Source of the DNA: an uncultured delta proteobacterium
Lineage (GTDB): Bacteria > Desulfobacterota > Desulfobacteria > Desulfobacterales > JAFDCJ01
DNA length: 64,000 bases
Assembly: GCA_963769935.1 (NCBI GenBank)
Contig: CAVYNY010000020.1
Coordinates: 473,609 to 537,608, forward strand
Direction: 5' to 3'
Part shown: piece by piece, positions 14,085 through 24,849 of the stretch
Layout: every line of letters starts with the position of its first letter
Numbering within the stretch: the stretch's first letter is position 1
Made by a program: the position numbers and the translations under genes
The notes under the pieces: generated by a model
Database searches by the model: none
The model's input: the letters and a program-made list of their open reading frames with translations, nothing else
What the model was told of the DNA's origin: nothing

Positions 14085-14430
14085 CGTCGGTGGCAATTTT
14101 CTTGAGCAATTGTTCTATATGTAAACTGTAATCAAAGGATTCATCATAAAAAAATTTCAAATCCGGCATATATCGCAGACCGAGCCTGCGGGCAAGACTT
14201 CTTTTAATAAATCCGCGCGCACTTTCAAACCCCATCGCGGCCGCCTCCGATTTGTCGCTGCCGCCGTATATTGAAAAGTAAATCCGGGCCAGTTTCAAAT
14301 CGGGCGACATTTTAACCATAGTGACGGTTGTCATTGCCAGACGGGGGTCGTGGATATCTTTTTTCAGCAAATCCGACAGGACTTCCTGAATTAGAGCGCT
14401 GACCCTGTCAGCTCGGGAAAAGGGTATCAT
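14059..14430 (-). CDS. rbfA: 30S ribosome-binding factor A
   Basis: RADRV..., DPRL, SPDLKLARIY and LRYMPDLKFFYDES, plus operon position. Confidence 0.96.
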   Translation of the reverse strand: MIPFSRADRVSALIQEVLSDLLKKDIHDPRLAMTTVTMVKMSPDLKLARIYFSIYGGSDKSEAAAMGFESARGFIKRSLARRLGLRYMPDLKFFYDESFDYSLHIEQLLKKIATDDGPDNQSD

Positions 14431-14715
14431 AAATGTATTATTTCCATTTCCGTATCGATAATTTCGGCCAGGCCCAAATCTTCGGCCATGTTGATAAGTT
14501 TGTCGATTTTTGAATTAATCAGGGCGGCATCGTTGCCGACGAAAGAAAATCCTATTTCCGCTTTCTGGTAAATATCGTTGGATCCTACCTCGGCTATCGA
14601 TACATTAAAATTGTTGTGCAATCTAGTCGATCATAGATTTGACAACTTTACGCTTGCTTTTCAAAGAGCGGCAATCATGCAGCCTCAGGGTGATGAGTCC
14701 GGTACCGACGACCAT
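14427..14715 (-). pseudogene. DUF503/YlxP family protein with a one-base frameshift near 14625 (probably a sequencing error)
   Basis: MVVGTGLITLRLHDCRSLKSKRKVVKSMI from ATG 14715 hits TAG at 14623-14625. The adjacent frame continues LHNNFNVSIAEVG...; the position between infB and rbfA is typical. Confidence 0.85.
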
Positions 14716-14721
14716 AATATT

Positions 14722-17331
14722 TTACTCTATTCCCGGTTTGATCTCCTCCAGATAATAACTTTCCAAGACATCGCCGACTTTGATGTCATTGAAGTTTTCA
14801 ACCCCGATGCCGCATTCGTAACCGGCCTGAACTTCCTTGACGTCGTCTTTAAACCGGCGCAGGGAGGAGTTTTTGCCATTGTATAACTGGACGCCGTCTC
14901 GGACGACACGCATATTCTGTCCCCGTTCAATCTTGCCGTCGGTTACATAACAGCCGGCGATGGCACCCAGCTTGGGTATATGAAACACCTCGCGAACCTC
15001 GGCCGAACCAAGAACGTGTTCTTCATAGGTGGACTCCATCATCCCTACCATGGCACCCTTGACATCTTTGATGACATCGTAGATGACATTGTAAAAGCGC
15101 ATGTCCACATTTTCTTCGGCGGCCAGGGCTTGAATCTTCGAAGTCGGCCGCACATTAAAGCCGATGATGATCGCATTGGATACGGCGGCCAGGGAGATGT
15201 CCGATTCGGAGATGGTTCCGCTGGCCGAATGCACTACGTTGACCTTGACTTCATCATTGGACAGCTTTGTCAGCGCTTCAATCAGGGCTTCGATCGAGCC
15301 GTGCACATCCGCTTTTAAAACGATGTTGAGATCCTTGACCTCACCCTGCTGCAGTTGTTCATAGAGTTTATCGAGGCTGAGTCGATTGGTCTGGGCCAGG
15401 TCTTTGGATCGCTGTTTTTGACCGCGGTGCAGGCTGACCTGTTTGGCGCTGCGTTCGTCCTCCAAAGCGATTAGTTCATCTCCGGCCATGGGCACGCCGG
15501 ACAGACCCAGGACTTCCACCGGAATCGAAGGCCCGGCGGCGTCCACCGGGGTGCCGCGGTCGTTCAGCATGGCCCGGATTTTTCCGTAATGAATGCCGCA
15601 TACTACCGGGTCACCGGTACGCAGGGTGCCTTCTCTGACAAGCACGGTGGCGACCGGTCCGCGGCCGGAGTCGATCTTGGCTTCCACGACGTGGCCGAAA
15701 GCCTTTTTGTCCGCGTTGGCCTTGAGTTCCAGAACTTCGGCCTGCAGCAAAATCATTTCAAGCAGGCTGTCAATTCCCACACGCTGCTTGGCGGAAACAT
15801 GCACAAAGATTGTATCACCGCCCCAATCTTCCGGAGTCAGTCCGTTTTCGGCCAGCTCCCGTTTGACACGATCGATATCCGCATTGGATTTGTCGATTTT
15901 GTTGACCGCAACGATAATCGGGACATTGGCGGCGCGGGCGTGATTAATGGCTTCAATGGTTTGAGGCATCACGCCGTCATCGGCGGCCACCACCAGAACG
16001 ACAATGTCGGTGATTTTAGCGCCGCGTGCGCGCATGGCCGTGAACGCCTCATGACCCGGCGTGTCCAGAAAGGCGACCTGTCCCCTATCGGTGGTAACAT
16101 GATAGGCGCCGATATGTTGGGTAATACCGCCGGCTTCCAGATCGGTAATTCTGGTTTTGCGGATAACATCCAGCAAGGAGGTTTTGCCGTGATCCACATG
16201 CCCCATAATGGTTACCACCGGCGGCCGCTCCTTCATTTTTTCAGGGTCGTCGGCCTGTTGTTTCAAAATTTCCTCTTCCTCGAAGGCGGCACGCTCCACT
16301 TCATAGTTAAATTCCGTAGCAACCATAGACGCCGTTTCATAGTCGATGCTCTGATTGACGGTGGCCATAAATCCCATGCCCATGAGGGCTTTTATCATTT
16401 CACCGGCTTTGATCCCCATGCGTTTCGCCAGATCGGACAGTACGATGGCATCGTCGATCTTGATGCGGCGCTTAATGGCCTTGGCAGTTGTAATCTGAGT
16501 CTTCTGGGTGGCGACGGGGGCTTTGGCCTTGGCGCCTTTGCGAGGCTTACGGGCTCGATAGCCCTCGTCATAAAGGTCCTGACCCTCAACGACGGATTTT
16601 TTCCGGAACGATATCTTCTTTTTTAAGAACTTGCGGTCCTGCTCAGGTTCTTCGCCTTTCTTCTTCCATTTTTTCTTCTTGGCGTCTTTGAGCGACGCTT
16701 CTTCCTGTTTCTCGTCCGGCTGGGGTTTAGTCGCTTTGCCGCTCGCAAGCGTTTCACCCTGGGCCGGAACCGCTTCTTTGTCTTCGGGTTTGGCCGCCGC
16801 CGGTTTTTCTACCGGCCTTATCGGCAATTGAATGATTTTCGCCGATTCTTCCCGCTTGCCCTTTTTGACGGGTTTTTTCGGCTTTTTCTTCTTGAGGTCT
16901 TCGGGTATCGCAACTTTTGCTTCGGCAACGGCCTTATCCGCAGGTTTTTCTTCAACCGGCTCAGGCTCTGCGGCAACCGTCTCCGCGGCGTCTGCCGCCG
17001 GTGCCGCTTCCTCGGCGCCCGCCTCAATGTCGAGTGTTTCTTCAGCGGGCTGTTCGCCGATCTCCTCGGCGGGCTGCGATGCCGGTTCAGCAGCCGCTTC
17101 AACCGGAATTTGTTTGCGCCGCCTTCGAATGACCGTCGGCCTTATGCGGGTCTCTTCAATGGTTTCTTCTTTTTTACCAAAAAGCTGTTGCCTTATTCTG
17201 GTAACGGTCTCATCGTCTAAAGCGCTCATGTGGCTCTTGACGGAGATATCCAGATCATTCAGCTTGCTCAAAAGCAACTGGTTGGTCATGTTAAGGTCTC
17301 TGGCAAGCTCATAAACTCTAGTCTTTGCCAT
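14722..17331 (-). CDS. infB: Translation initiation factor IF-2
   Basis: N-terminus RVYELA, with motifs [17 protein letters not shown] and NKID. Confidence 0.99.
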   Translation of the reverse strand: MAKTRVYELARDLNMTNQLLLSKLNDLDISVKSHMSALDDETVTRIRQQLFGKKEETIEETRIRPTVIRRRRKQIPVEAAAEPASQPAEEIGEQPAEETLDIEAGAEEAAPAADAAETVAAEPEPVEEKPADKAVAEAKVAIPEDLKKKKPKKPVKKGKREESAKIIQLPIRPVEKPAAAKPEDKEAVPAQGETLASGKATKPQPDEKQEEASLKDAKKKKWKKKGEEPEQDRKFLKKKISFRKKSVVEGQDLYDEGYRARKPRKGAKAKAPVATQKTQITTAKAIKRRIKIDDAIVLSDLAKRMGIKAGEMIKALMGMGFMATVNQSIDYETASMVATEFNYEVERAAFEEEEILKQQADDPEKMKERPPVVTIMGHVDHGKTSLLDVIRKTRITDLEAGGITQHIGAYHVTTDRGQVAFLDTPGHEAFTAMRARGAKITDIVVLVVAADDGVMPQTIEAINHARAANVPIIVAVNKIDKSNADIDRVKRELAENGLTPEDWGGDTIFVHVSAKQRVGIDSLLEMILLQAEVLELKANADKKAFGHVVEAKIDSGRGPVATVLVREGTLRTGDPVVCGIHYGKIRAMLNDRGTPVDAAGPSIPVEVLGLSGVPMAGDELIALEDERSAKQVSLHRGQKQRSKDLAQTNRLSLDKLYEQLQQGEVKDLNIVLKADVHGSIEALIEALTKLSNDEVKVNVVHSASGTISESDISLAAVSNAIIIGFNVRPTSKIQALAAEENVDMRFYNVIYDVIKDVKGAMVGMMESTYEEHVLGSAEVREVFHIPKLGAIAGCYVTDGKIERGQNMRVVRDGVQLYNGKNSSLRRFKDDVKEVQAGYECGIGVENFNDIKVGDVLESYYLEEIKPGIE

Positions 17332-17522
17332 TACTTCCCCCTAAGGCTAATTTTTTTGCCGCCTAGCAGCTCAACATCGACAATATTTTCTGATATTAAA
17401 TTAATGCCGACAGCCACAGTAAGTAAGTTTATAAAAATCACCGGTGTAATTCACGGCCGGTGAACCGTTGATATTTGGAACAATTTAACAAAGTATCGCA
17501 ATCAAGTTTATAGTGAAGTCCG

Positions 17523-19073
17523 CTATGTATTTTCCGGGTCCGGCTCATCGGAAGGCTGCACGGGCTCCGGGGGATCTTCCTGTTCATCGGCCGCACTTTC
17601 AACGGTTTTTCCGCCGCCGTCCTCAGTATTTTCCGCCGCCGGTGGCGTGCTATCATCTTGTTCCGCGGCTTCCGCAGCGGTACTATCTTCTTCCGCCGCC
17701 GGTGGCGTGCTATCATCTTGTTCCGCGGCTTCCGCAGCGGTACTATCTTCTTCCGCCGCCGGTGGCGTGCTATCATCTTGTTCCGCGGCTTCCGCAACGG
17801 TGCTATCTTCTTCAGCTGCCGAAGCGGCGCCGCCGGTTGCCGCGGCCGCTTTTCTGGCAGCCTCCATAAGTTTGACGGCTTTTTCTTCCCCGATACCTCT
17901 AATTTGCATCAAGTCTTCCAGGCCGGCGCTGGCGATTTCTTCAGCCGAGTAAAAGCCGGATTCGTATAATGCATCGGCCAGACTGACACCGACGCCCGGC
18001 AGCGCCACCAGCGAATCATAGCCGGTCTGCATGGCCTGGCTGTAACGGGTTTCACTTTTTACATCCAGGTGCCAGCCGGTGAGTTTGGAGGCCAGCCTCA
18101 CGTTCTGTCCCTTTTTGCCGATGGCAATCGACAGAAAGTCGTCCGGCACAATAACTTCCATCGAGTTGTCGTCTTCGTCAATGATGACCCTGGATATTTC
18201 GGCGGGAGCCAGCGAGTTGCATACGAATTTGGCGGGGTCGACATGCCAGGGAATGATGTCGATTTTCTCCCCCCGCAACTCCTGGACGACGTTTTGAACC
18301 CGACTGCCTTTCATGCCGACGCAGGCTCCGACAGGATCAATGTCCGAATTATTCGAGGCCACGGCGATCTTGGCGCGTACGCCGGGCTCACGGGATGCCC
18401 CCATTATATTGACGATGCCCTCGGTGATTTCCGGCACTTCGGTGCGGAAGAGATTAATCAGAAAATTCGGGTGCGTGCGTGAAAGAACAATCTGCGGGCC
18501 GCGTGAATCATGCAGTACATCCAGGATAAATGCGCGGATGCGATCTCCCCGCCGATACGATTCCCTTGGCACCTGTTCCCGGACCGGCACGATTCCATCG
18601 GTCTGCCCCAGGTTTACAATAATATCGCCCCGATCGATTCGCTGAACGATGCCGTTGATGATTTCCCCCTTGCGATCAATGAAACTGGCATAAATCGCAT
18701 CTTTTTCAGCATCCTTCATTTTCTGGATGATGACCTGCTTGGCCGATTGGGCGGCGATGCGACCGAAAGTGCTGGTATCCATTTTGGTGCCCAGGCTGTC
18801 GCCTATTTCGCAGTCGGGATCCAGTTTGCGTCCTTCCGCGAGGCTGATTTCGACCTCCGGATCGGTGACGGCTTCGGCGACTTCTTTAAACTGAAAGACT
18901 TCGATTTCGCCGGATTCATCATTGTATTGAACCTCGATATCTATCTTGTTGCCGTACTTTTTTCTGGCAGCAGATCGCAATGCTTCTTCCAGAGCCTTGA
19001 TAAGAACCTCACGGTCAATGCCTTTATCCCGGCTGACCTGTTCGACGACGCGTTTTATGTCTGATATAAACAT
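17523..19073 (-). CDS. nusA: Transcription termination/antitermination factor NusA with acidic repetitive tail
   Basis: Motifs FGRIAAQSAKQVI, S1/KH domains, DPVGACVGMKGSRV and AIGKKGQNVRLA, plus HhH repeats. Start placed at ATG 19073 after GGAG. Confidence 0.98.
   Translation of the reverse strand: MFISDIKRVVEQVSRDKGIDREVLIKALEEALRSAARKKYGNKIDIEVQYNDESGEIEVFQFKEVAEAVTDPEVEISLAEGRKLDPDCEIGDSLGTKMDTSTFGRIAAQSAKQVIIQKMKDAEKDAIYASFIDRKGEIINGIVQRIDRGDIIVNLGQTDGIVPVREQVPRESYRRGDRIRAFILDVLHDSRGPQIVLSRTHPNFLINLFRTEVPEITEGIVNIMGASREPGVRAKIAVASNNSDIDPVGACVGMKGSRVQNVVQELRGEKIDIIPWHVDPAKFVCNSLAPAEISRVIIDEDDNSMEVIVPDDFLSIAIGKKGQNVRLASKLTGWHLDVKSETRYSQAMQTGYDSLVALPGVGVSLADALYESGFYSAEEIASAGLEDLMQIRGIGEEKAVKLMEAARKAAAATGGAASAAEEDSTVAEAAEQDDSTPPAAEEDSTAAEAAEQDDSTPPAAEEDSTAAEAAEQDDSTPPAAENTEDGGGKTVESAADEQEDPPEPVQPSDEPDPENT
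17631..17820. repeat. In-frame 60-bp tandem repeat (about 3 copies) in the nusA 3' end
   Basis: The units at 17641-17700 and 17701-17760 are identical and 17761-17820 is nearly so. They encode AAEEDSTAAEAAEQDDSTPP. Confidence 0.95.
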
Positions 19074-19094
19074 CAGATATCTCCATTTCAACCT

Positions 19095-19613
19095 TCATTC
19101 AACAAGCCGTGCTTTTGATATATCCTCATACGGCAGGCTGATAACCTGCTCACCGATCTGCAGCTTCACCTCGTCGTCGGATATTCCCAAAAGTACCCCT
19201 GTAAAATTTTTTTGCCCGTTCAACAGTTGATTTGTTTTAATTTTTACCCGGCTACCTTTGAATCTCTCAAAATCCTGCTTTTTCGCCAGCGGACGCTCCG
19301 GACCCGGGGAGGTTACCTCAAGATTGTAAGGGCCGGCGTCCTGCAGATGAACATCCAGAATGTCTCCCAACTGGCGGCTGACACCGACACAATCATCCAG
19401 ATTGATTCCACCGGGTTTATCTATATACAGGCGCAGGATTCTGCCGGCCGACTCCCGCTGGTATTCTACCTGAACCAACTCCAGGCCTTCGGATTCACAC
19501 AGCGTTTCCGCCAGCGCCCAAACCTGCTGAATAACTTTTTTCTCATTGACCCTGGGCCGGGCGGTTTCCTTGGTCCCGGCTTCTTTATTGTGACGATGAT
19601 TCATTTTTTTCAC
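19095..19613 (-). CDS. rimP: Ribosome maturation factor RimP
   Basis: Motifs LRLYIDKPGGINLDDC and YNLEVTSPGPERPL. Confidence 0.96.
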   Translation of the reverse strand: MKKMNHRHNKEAGTKETARPRVNEKKVIQQVWALAETLCESEGLELVQVEYQRESAGRILRLYIDKPGGINLDDCVGVSRQLGDILDVHLQDAGPYNLEVTSPGPERPLAKKQDFERFKGSRVKIKTNQLLNGQKNFTGVLLGISDDEVKLQIGEQVISLPYEDISKARLVE

Positions 19614-19643
19614 CGCCCCGCAAAATCTCCTCTTTAAAAACGC

Positions 19644-19665
19644 AAAAACGGGCTGTCGCCCGTTT
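19644..19665 (-). promoter_or_regulatory. rimP-leader-like terminator hairpin
   Basis: The minus strand reads aaacgggc-gaca-gcccgttttt, just upstream of the rimP RBS. Confidence 0.6.
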
Positions 19666-19812
19666 CCTCATGTTGCAGGTAGATCTTCTTGATTTACAGC
19701 GAGAAAGATTATCTGTTCATGCCATTAACCATAAGGAAAAATTAAAGTTCATCCCACAAATCAAAAGACTACCCCAACCCATCACGTGAAACGGAAAAGG
19801 CGAATCTAAACT

Positions 19813-19888
19813 TGGAGCGGGCAACGAGATTCGAACTCGCGACACCAAGCTTGGGAAGCTTGTACTCTACCAGCTGAGCTATGCCCGC
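19813..19888 (-). tRNA. tRNA-Gly (anticodon CCC)
   Basis: GCGGGCATAGCTCAGCTGGTAGAG...CAAGC-TTCCCAA-GCTTG...GTTCGAATC...GCCCGCTCCA; 76 nt with CCA. Confidence 0.97.
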
Positions 19889-19947
19889 TTTCCTAAGATT
19901 AAAATATTTAAGACAATTTCTTTAAATTGTCAATAACTTTCAGCAAA

Positions 19948-20310
19948 CTATTTGTCGCCGAGCAGGTCCCGGATATTTTTTAATTCCGCTTTCAGCTCCG
20001 CCAGAAGCTTTCTGGAGGCCAACGGGTCGGTCTCGGCTCTGGAACTTAAATATTTGCGGGCACCGTCGATGGTAAATTTTTTATCATAAAGCAAGTGTTT
20101 GATTGCCAGAATCGTTTCAATATCTTTTCGGGTGTAAGATCGCTGACCCGCAGCCGTCCGCCGGGGATTTATTTTTTTAAACTCCCCTTCCCAGAACCTC
20201 AATACGTGGCTCGGAAGGCCTGAAATCCGGCTGACTTCGCTGATCTTGAAATAAAGCTTGTCAGGTATATTTATATCATACGGCTTTTCATTGCGCATTG
20301 CCAAACCCAT
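19948..20310 (-). CDS. MerR-family transcriptional regulator (the type found after pheT/ihfA)
   Basis: IPDKLYFKISEVS...HVLRFWEGEF...LLYDKKFTIDGA. The start is uncertain (20298 or 20310). Confidence 0.9.
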   Translation of the reverse strand: MGLAMRNEKPYDINIPDKLYFKISEVSRISGLPSHVLRFWEGEFKKINPRRTAAGQRSYTRKDIETILAIKHLLYDKKFTIDGARKYLSSRAETDPLASRKLLAELKAELKNIRDLLGDK

Positions 20311-20314
20311 TTTC

Positions 20315-20446
20315 AATTGAAAATTGAAAATTGAAGAATGAAAATTTGTGGAAGTCGCTGCGCTCCGTCATTTTCTTGATAAGTCCTTAAAATTGATCCG
20401 CCAAAGGCGAACCTTAAATCTTCAATATTCAATCTTCAATATTCAT
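20315..20446. repeat. Heptamer-armed palindromic element with GTCGCTGCGCTCCG core (copy 1)
   Basis: (ATTGAAR)n left arm, tttgtgga-GTCGCTGCGCTCCG core and (TTCAATM)n right arm. The second copy is at 39036-39146. Confidence 0.8.
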
Positions 20447-20464
20447 TTCTCAGGCGGATCCGGT

Positions 20465-22882
20465 TCAGGGCAAGGTGGCCTCAAATGCTGTTAATAGTTT
20501 ATCGGTTATCGATTTGTGCAGTTCGTTGACATCCGGGTCCTCCAGGGTTTTATCCGCTGAACGGTAGGTCACACGAAACGAAACGCTTTTTTTGCCGGCG
20601 GCGACAGGCTCTCCTTCAAAGACATCAAACAGATGCAAATCCTCCATCAGTTCTTCATTAAAACCCGCAGCGGTCTCCAATACGGTTTGCGTTTCAATGC
20701 TCCGGTCGATAATAATGGTAATATCCCGGTAAACGGCGGGAAACCGCGGGATCGGTTTGGAAAATCTGGTTTGCGGCATCAAGGCGGCTATTTTATCCAA
20801 CGCGAGTTCAAAGATATAACCGGTTTGCTTCAAATCGAAGCTGCCGAGCACCCGGGGATGGATTTCACCCACCAGCCCGAGCACGGAATCGGCTGCTACA
20901 ATCTGGGCCGTGTATCCCGGTCTGGTATATTCGCAGGATTCAGCCGGCATTTTCGTAAAGCGGGTCCCCTCTATCTTTAATCCGCGCAGCAAGCCTTCGG
21001 CGACTCCCTTGATATCGTAATAATCGCATGGCATTTCCCGGTTGTACCAGGACGCTTCATTGCGAGCTCCGGACCAGAGGGCCATCAGCAATTCAGGTTC
21101 CAGCGGAAGATTTTGGGTGTCCGTTTTGAGAAAAGCCTTTCCAATCTCAAACAACTTGAGATTCTTTATTTGCCGGGCCATGTTATAGGCCATTGTTGAG
21201 AGAATGCCCGGCACCAGACTCGTACGCATGACCGTCTGATCATCGGTCAGCGGATTTAAAATGTGAATCATCGACCGGCGGGGATCACCTGCTTTAATTT
21301 GCAGGCGATCGCAGGACGATTCCGAATCAAAACTGTAGGTGATGACTTCGCTGAATCCAAATCCCTTCATCAGGCGTTTCAGCCGGTTGCGGAGCGCCAG
21401 CCGGCGGGCCGGCGGTCGACCCTCGGCCGGCATCGCCGGGTGCGTGGTCGGGATGTTGTTATAGCCATACAGCCGGGCGACTTCCTCCATCAGATCTTCG
21501 GGTCTTGTTATGTCCACCCGGAATGTCGGGGCCCTGGCTATCAGACCATCCGCATTGTTGTTGAGCAGTTCGACTTTGAATTCAATCGACTCAAGAAGTT
21601 CCCGGATGCGGTTGCGCTCCAGTTGAGTACCCAGCACACGGTTGGCCCGCTTGGTGCTCAGCGCGACGCTTGTGGCAGGTTGAGGCTTCGGATATTCATC
21701 GATGATTCCGTCGATGAGGGAGCCTCGGCCGATTTCCACCATGAGCTTGGCAGACCGGTTGACCGCCCGAATGGTGCCCTCCGGATCTACACCGCGTTCG
21801 AAACGATGGGACGCATCCGTATTCAGTCCTAATTTTTTGGAAGTTCGGCGGATACTGACCGGGTTAAAATAAGCGCCTTCGATGAGCACGCGGGTGGTGT
21901 CATTTTCGATTTCCGAGTTGAGCCCCCCCATGACACCGCCAACACCCACGGCTTTGTCGCCGTCGCAGATCATAAGCATGTCCGCTTCGAGCGTCCTTTG
22001 CTTTTCATCCAGGGTGGAAAATTTTTCGCCCTGAGCGGCCAGACGCACCACAATGCGGTTTTCGGCCAGCCGATCGAAATCAAAGGCATGCAGCGGTTGG
22101 CCGGTCTCCATCATGACAAAATTGGTGATATCGACGATGTTGTTGATCGGCCGCAGGCCGATCGACAGCAACCGATCCTGGAGCCAGAACGGTGACGGCG
22201 CCACTTTAACGTCTTGCACCAGTCTGGCTGAATAGCGGGGACAATGGTCCGGAGCCTCGATTCGGACCGATGCGAGTTTGTGGATGGCATCCGTTTTATC
22301 CTCAATGGTATAATCGGGATATTTCAAGTGCGTCTTTTGGATGGCGGCTATTTCCCGGGCAATGCCGATCACGCTGAGACAATCCGGCCGGTTGGGGGTC
22401 AGATCCAATTCAAACACCGTGTCTGAAAGTCCCAGGTTTTGGGCCAGATTTCCGCCCACTTTCAATGCGGAATCCAGAGCCATAATCCCGCCGGGTTCAT
22501 CGCCGATACCCAGTTCGGCGTCGCTGCAAAGCATGCCTTCGGAACGTTCACCCCGGATGACGCTTTTTTCCAGCCGGGATCCATCGGGCAAGACGGTGCC
22601 GGGCAGTGCCAGCGGTGCCAGCATGCCTTCCCGGACGTTGGGGGCACCGCACACCACCGACAACCGGCGGTCGCCGCTGTTTACGCGGCAGATTTTCAAT
22701 TTGTCGGCGTTGGGATGGGGTTCCACCGCCTCGATCCGGCCGACGATAACGCTGTTTAGATAAGCATAGCGGTCTGAGACGGAATCGACTTCCAGACCGG
22801 CCATGGTCAACGCCTCCGCCAGAACGGCCGGATCCATATTGATATCGATATAATCTTTTAGCCAGCTTAAGCTAACTTTCAT
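20465..22882 (-). CDS. pheT: Phenylalanine--tRNA ligase beta subunit
   Basis: Motifs MKVSLSWL, HPNADKL, LTPNRPDCLS and RFERGVD, with an FDX-ACB C-terminus. Confidence 0.99.
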   Translation of the reverse strand: MKVSLSWLKDYIDINMDPAVLAEALTMAGLEVDSVSDRYAYLNSVIVGRIEAVEPHPNADKLKICRVNSGDRRLSVVCGAPNVREGMLAPLALPGTVLPDGSRLEKSVIRGERSEGMLCSDAELGIGDEPGGIMALDSALKVGGNLAQNLGLSDTVFELDLTPNRPDCLSVIGIAREIAAIQKTHLKYPDYTIEDKTDAIHKLASVRIEAPDHCPRYSARLVQDVKVAPSPFWLQDRLLSIGLRPINNIVDITNFVMMETGQPLHAFDFDRLAENRIVVRLAAQGEKFSTLDEKQRTLEADMLMICDGDKAVGVGGVMGGLNSEIENDTTRVLIEGAYFNPVSIRRTSKKLGLNTDASHRFERGVDPEGTIRAVNRSAKLMVEIGRGSLIDGIIDEYPKPQPATSVALSTKRANRVLGTQLERNRIRELLESIEFKVELLNNNADGLIARAPTFRVDITRPEDLMEEVARLYGYNNIPTTHPAMPAEGRPPARRLALRNRLKRLMKGFGFSEVITYSFDSESSCDRLQIKAGDPRRSMIHILNPLTDDQTVMRTSLVPGILSTMAYNMARQIKNLKLFEIGKAFLKTDTQNLPLEPELLMALWSGARNEASWYNREMPCDYYDIKGVAEGLLRGLKIEGTRFTKMPAESCEYTRPGYTAQIVAADSVLGLVGEIHPRVLGSFDLKQTGYIFELALDKIAALMPQTRFSKPIPRFPAVYRDITIIIDRSIETQTVLETAAGFNEELMEDLHLFDVFEGEPVAAGKKSVSFRVTYRSADKTLEDPDVNELHKSITDKLLTAFEATLP

Positions 22883-22967
22883 GGTTTTTTTTACTCACCC
22901 AGATTTAAGATTCTGTAGAACGCAGTTCCGATTTGGATAGCTGCCTGGGATAACTGCTAGCGTGTTT

Positions 22968-23975
22968 TTAAAATTGCGATAGAAACCGCATATCATTTTC
23001 AAAAAACTTGCGGATGTCGTCGATGCCGTACTTGAGCATGGCAATGCGCTCCACCCCCATGCCGAATGCAAAGCCGGTATAGCGGTCGGCATCATAGCCC
23101 ACATTTTCATATAGGGCCGGGTGAACCATGCCGGAGCCTAGAATTTCAAGCCACCCGGTATGCGAGCAGACCCGGCAGCCCTTGCCCCGGCACATGACAC
23201 AGAGGATATCGACTTCCGCGCTGGGTTCGGTGAACGGGAAAAAGCTGGGACGGAACCTCAGGCTCGTCTGATCATCAAACATCTGGTGCACAAAGGTGGT
23301 GAGCACGCCTTTGAGATCTCCAAAGGAGATATTCTCGTCCACCAGCAGCCCCTCCACCTGGTTAAACATGGGGGTATGGGTCAGATCAGAATCACAGCGG
23401 TATACTTTGCCGGGGCAGACGATCCTCACCGGCGGCGCCTGTTTTTCCATGGTCCTGATCTGGAGAGGAGACGTATGGGTTCTTAAAACGACATCGTCAC
23501 TTACAAAAAAAGTGTCCTGCATATCCCTGGCCGGATGATCTTTGGGAAAGTTCAGCGCTTCGAAGTTGTAATAGTCTGATTCGACTTCCGGCCCTTCGGC
23601 AATATCAAACCCCAGACTCGAAAAAATATCGCAAATCCGGTCGTTGATCTGGGTAATCGGATGCAAAAAACCGGCTGAGCACGTTCTCCCCGGCAGGGAA
23701 ACATCGATTCCATGGTCCCGGGCCTGACCCTCTGATGCTATCTTTTCAGCAGCCTGCTTAAAGGTTTTATCCAGGATACTTTTAACCTGGTTGGCTTTTT
23801 TGCCCGCCCGCGGCCGTTGCTCCGCCGGCAACTCGGCTATATTGCGCAAAAACTGGGTCAGGATCCCTTTGCGTCCCAGGTAGCGTACAGAGATATCTTG
23901 AATATCCTGACCGCTTGCAGCAGCTTCAAGCTCGGCAAGCGCCTGTTTATGTATTTGATCTAATTTGTCATCCAC
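22968..23975 (-). CDS. pheS: Phenylalanine--tRNA ligase alpha subunit
   Basis: Motifs HPARDMQDTF, LRTHTS, FPFTEPSAE and GFAFGMGVER. Confidence 0.99.
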   Translation of the reverse strand: MDDKLDQIHKQALAELEAAASGQDIQDISVRYLGRKGILTQFLRNIAELPAEQRPRAGKKANQVKSILDKTFKQAAEKIASEGQARDHGIDVSLPGRTCSAGFLHPITQINDRICDIFSSLGFDIAEGPEVESDYYNFEALNFPKDHPARDMQDTFFVSDDVVLRTHTSPLQIRTMEKQAPPVRIVCPGKVYRCDSDLTHTPMFNQVEGLLVDENISFGDLKGVLTTFVHQMFDDQTSLRFRPSFFPFTEPSAEVDILCVMCRGKGCRVCSHTGWLEILGSGMVHPALYENVGYDADRYTGFAFGMGVERIAMLKYGIDDIRKFFENDMRFLSQF

Positions 23976-23991
23976 TACTTAAAACCCTTTG

Positions 23992-24102
23992 GAATGCAGA
24001 ATGTCGAATTTCGAATGACGAATGAAGGAATTCTGTCGTTTAAAAATTTTAAATAGACACAGATCCTCTAATTCGACATTCGTCAATTGTCATTTGACAT
24101 TC
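23992..24102. repeat. Heptamer-armed palindromic element (GAATGTC)n...(GACATTC)n
   Basis: gaatgcagaatgtcgaatttcgaatgacgaatga ... attcgacattcgtcaattgtcatttgacattc fills the rplT-pheS spacer. Confidence 0.7.
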
Positions 24103-24453
24103 CTATAGTTTCTGGACGGCCAGGTTTGCGATTTTTGCAAATCCGGTGGGATCAGAAATTGCCAGTTCGGCGAGAACCTTGCGATCCAACTCAACCCCCG
24201 CAAGTTTCAGGCCATGCATGAATTTGCTGTAGGATAAATTGTTCAGCCTTGTGGCGGCATTTATTCTGGCAATCCAGAGCCTCCGAAAATCCCGTTTGCG
24301 TGCCCGCCGATCGCGATAGGCATACATCAGGGCTTTATCGACGGCGTCGGCCGCGGTTCGAAACAATATTCCGCGACCGGCACGAAATCCTCTGGCCAAT
24401 TTCAAAACCTTTTTGCGACGTCTTCTGGCTTTGAATCCTCGTTTTACTCTCAT
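24103..24453 (-). CDS. rplT: 50S ribosomal protein L20
   Basis: Motifs MRVKRG and [24 protein letters not shown]. Confidence 0.99.
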   Translation of the reverse strand: MRVKRGFKARRRRKKVLKLARGFRAGRGILFRTAADAVDKALMYAYRDRRARKRDFRRLWIARINAATRLNNLSYSKFMHGLKLAGVELDRKVLAELAISDPTGFAKIANLAVQKL

Positions 24454-24475
24454 TTTGTTTACCTCGTTATCTTTG

Positions 24476-24620
24476 TCGTTTAGATCGTTTTTTCGTTTAG
24501 GCGGTTAAGATCGTTATGAGCGTTAGGATCGTTTTGCTGTTCAAGGTTTGGGGTTAAAAGAGCAAGAGCCATTGCCTTTCACCTTCCCAACACTCGGTTC
24601 CGCCTTTACCCTATGCGCTC
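24476..24620. repeat. Dispersed intergenic repeat with 9-mer units (copy 1)
   Basis: (gatcgttta)-like units followed by gggttaaaagagcaagagcc (24551-24570), which recurs identically at 32225-32244. Confidence 0.75.
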
Positions 24621-24651
24621 TGCCTTCTTTTTTTTATCTCTGCCTGCCGGA

Positions 24652-24849
24652 TCATCCATTGGGCAGCAAAAGCCTGATTTCCCTGCGGTCGGATTTGGCA
24701 ATGAGGTGCGCTCTGCGCAGCGCACGTTTGCGCTTGGTGGTTTTTTTGGTCAAAATATGGCTGGCGCAGGATTTTCGATAGACAATTTTCCCCGTGCCGG
24801 TCATTTTAAAACGCTTGGCAGCCGCACGATTTGTTTTTATTTTCGGCAT
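24652..24849 (-). CDS. rpmI: 50S ribosomal protein L35
   Basis: [15 protein letters not shown]...HILTKK. Confidence 0.98.
   Translation of the reverse strand: MPKIKTNRAAAKRFKMTGTGKIVYRKSCASHILTKKTTKRKRALRRAHLIAKSDRREIRLLLPNG

Noticed and set aside
17631..17820. 60-bp repeats as a CRISPR array
   Set aside because: They are head-to-tail units with no unique spacers, lie in frame within nusA, and no cas genes are present.
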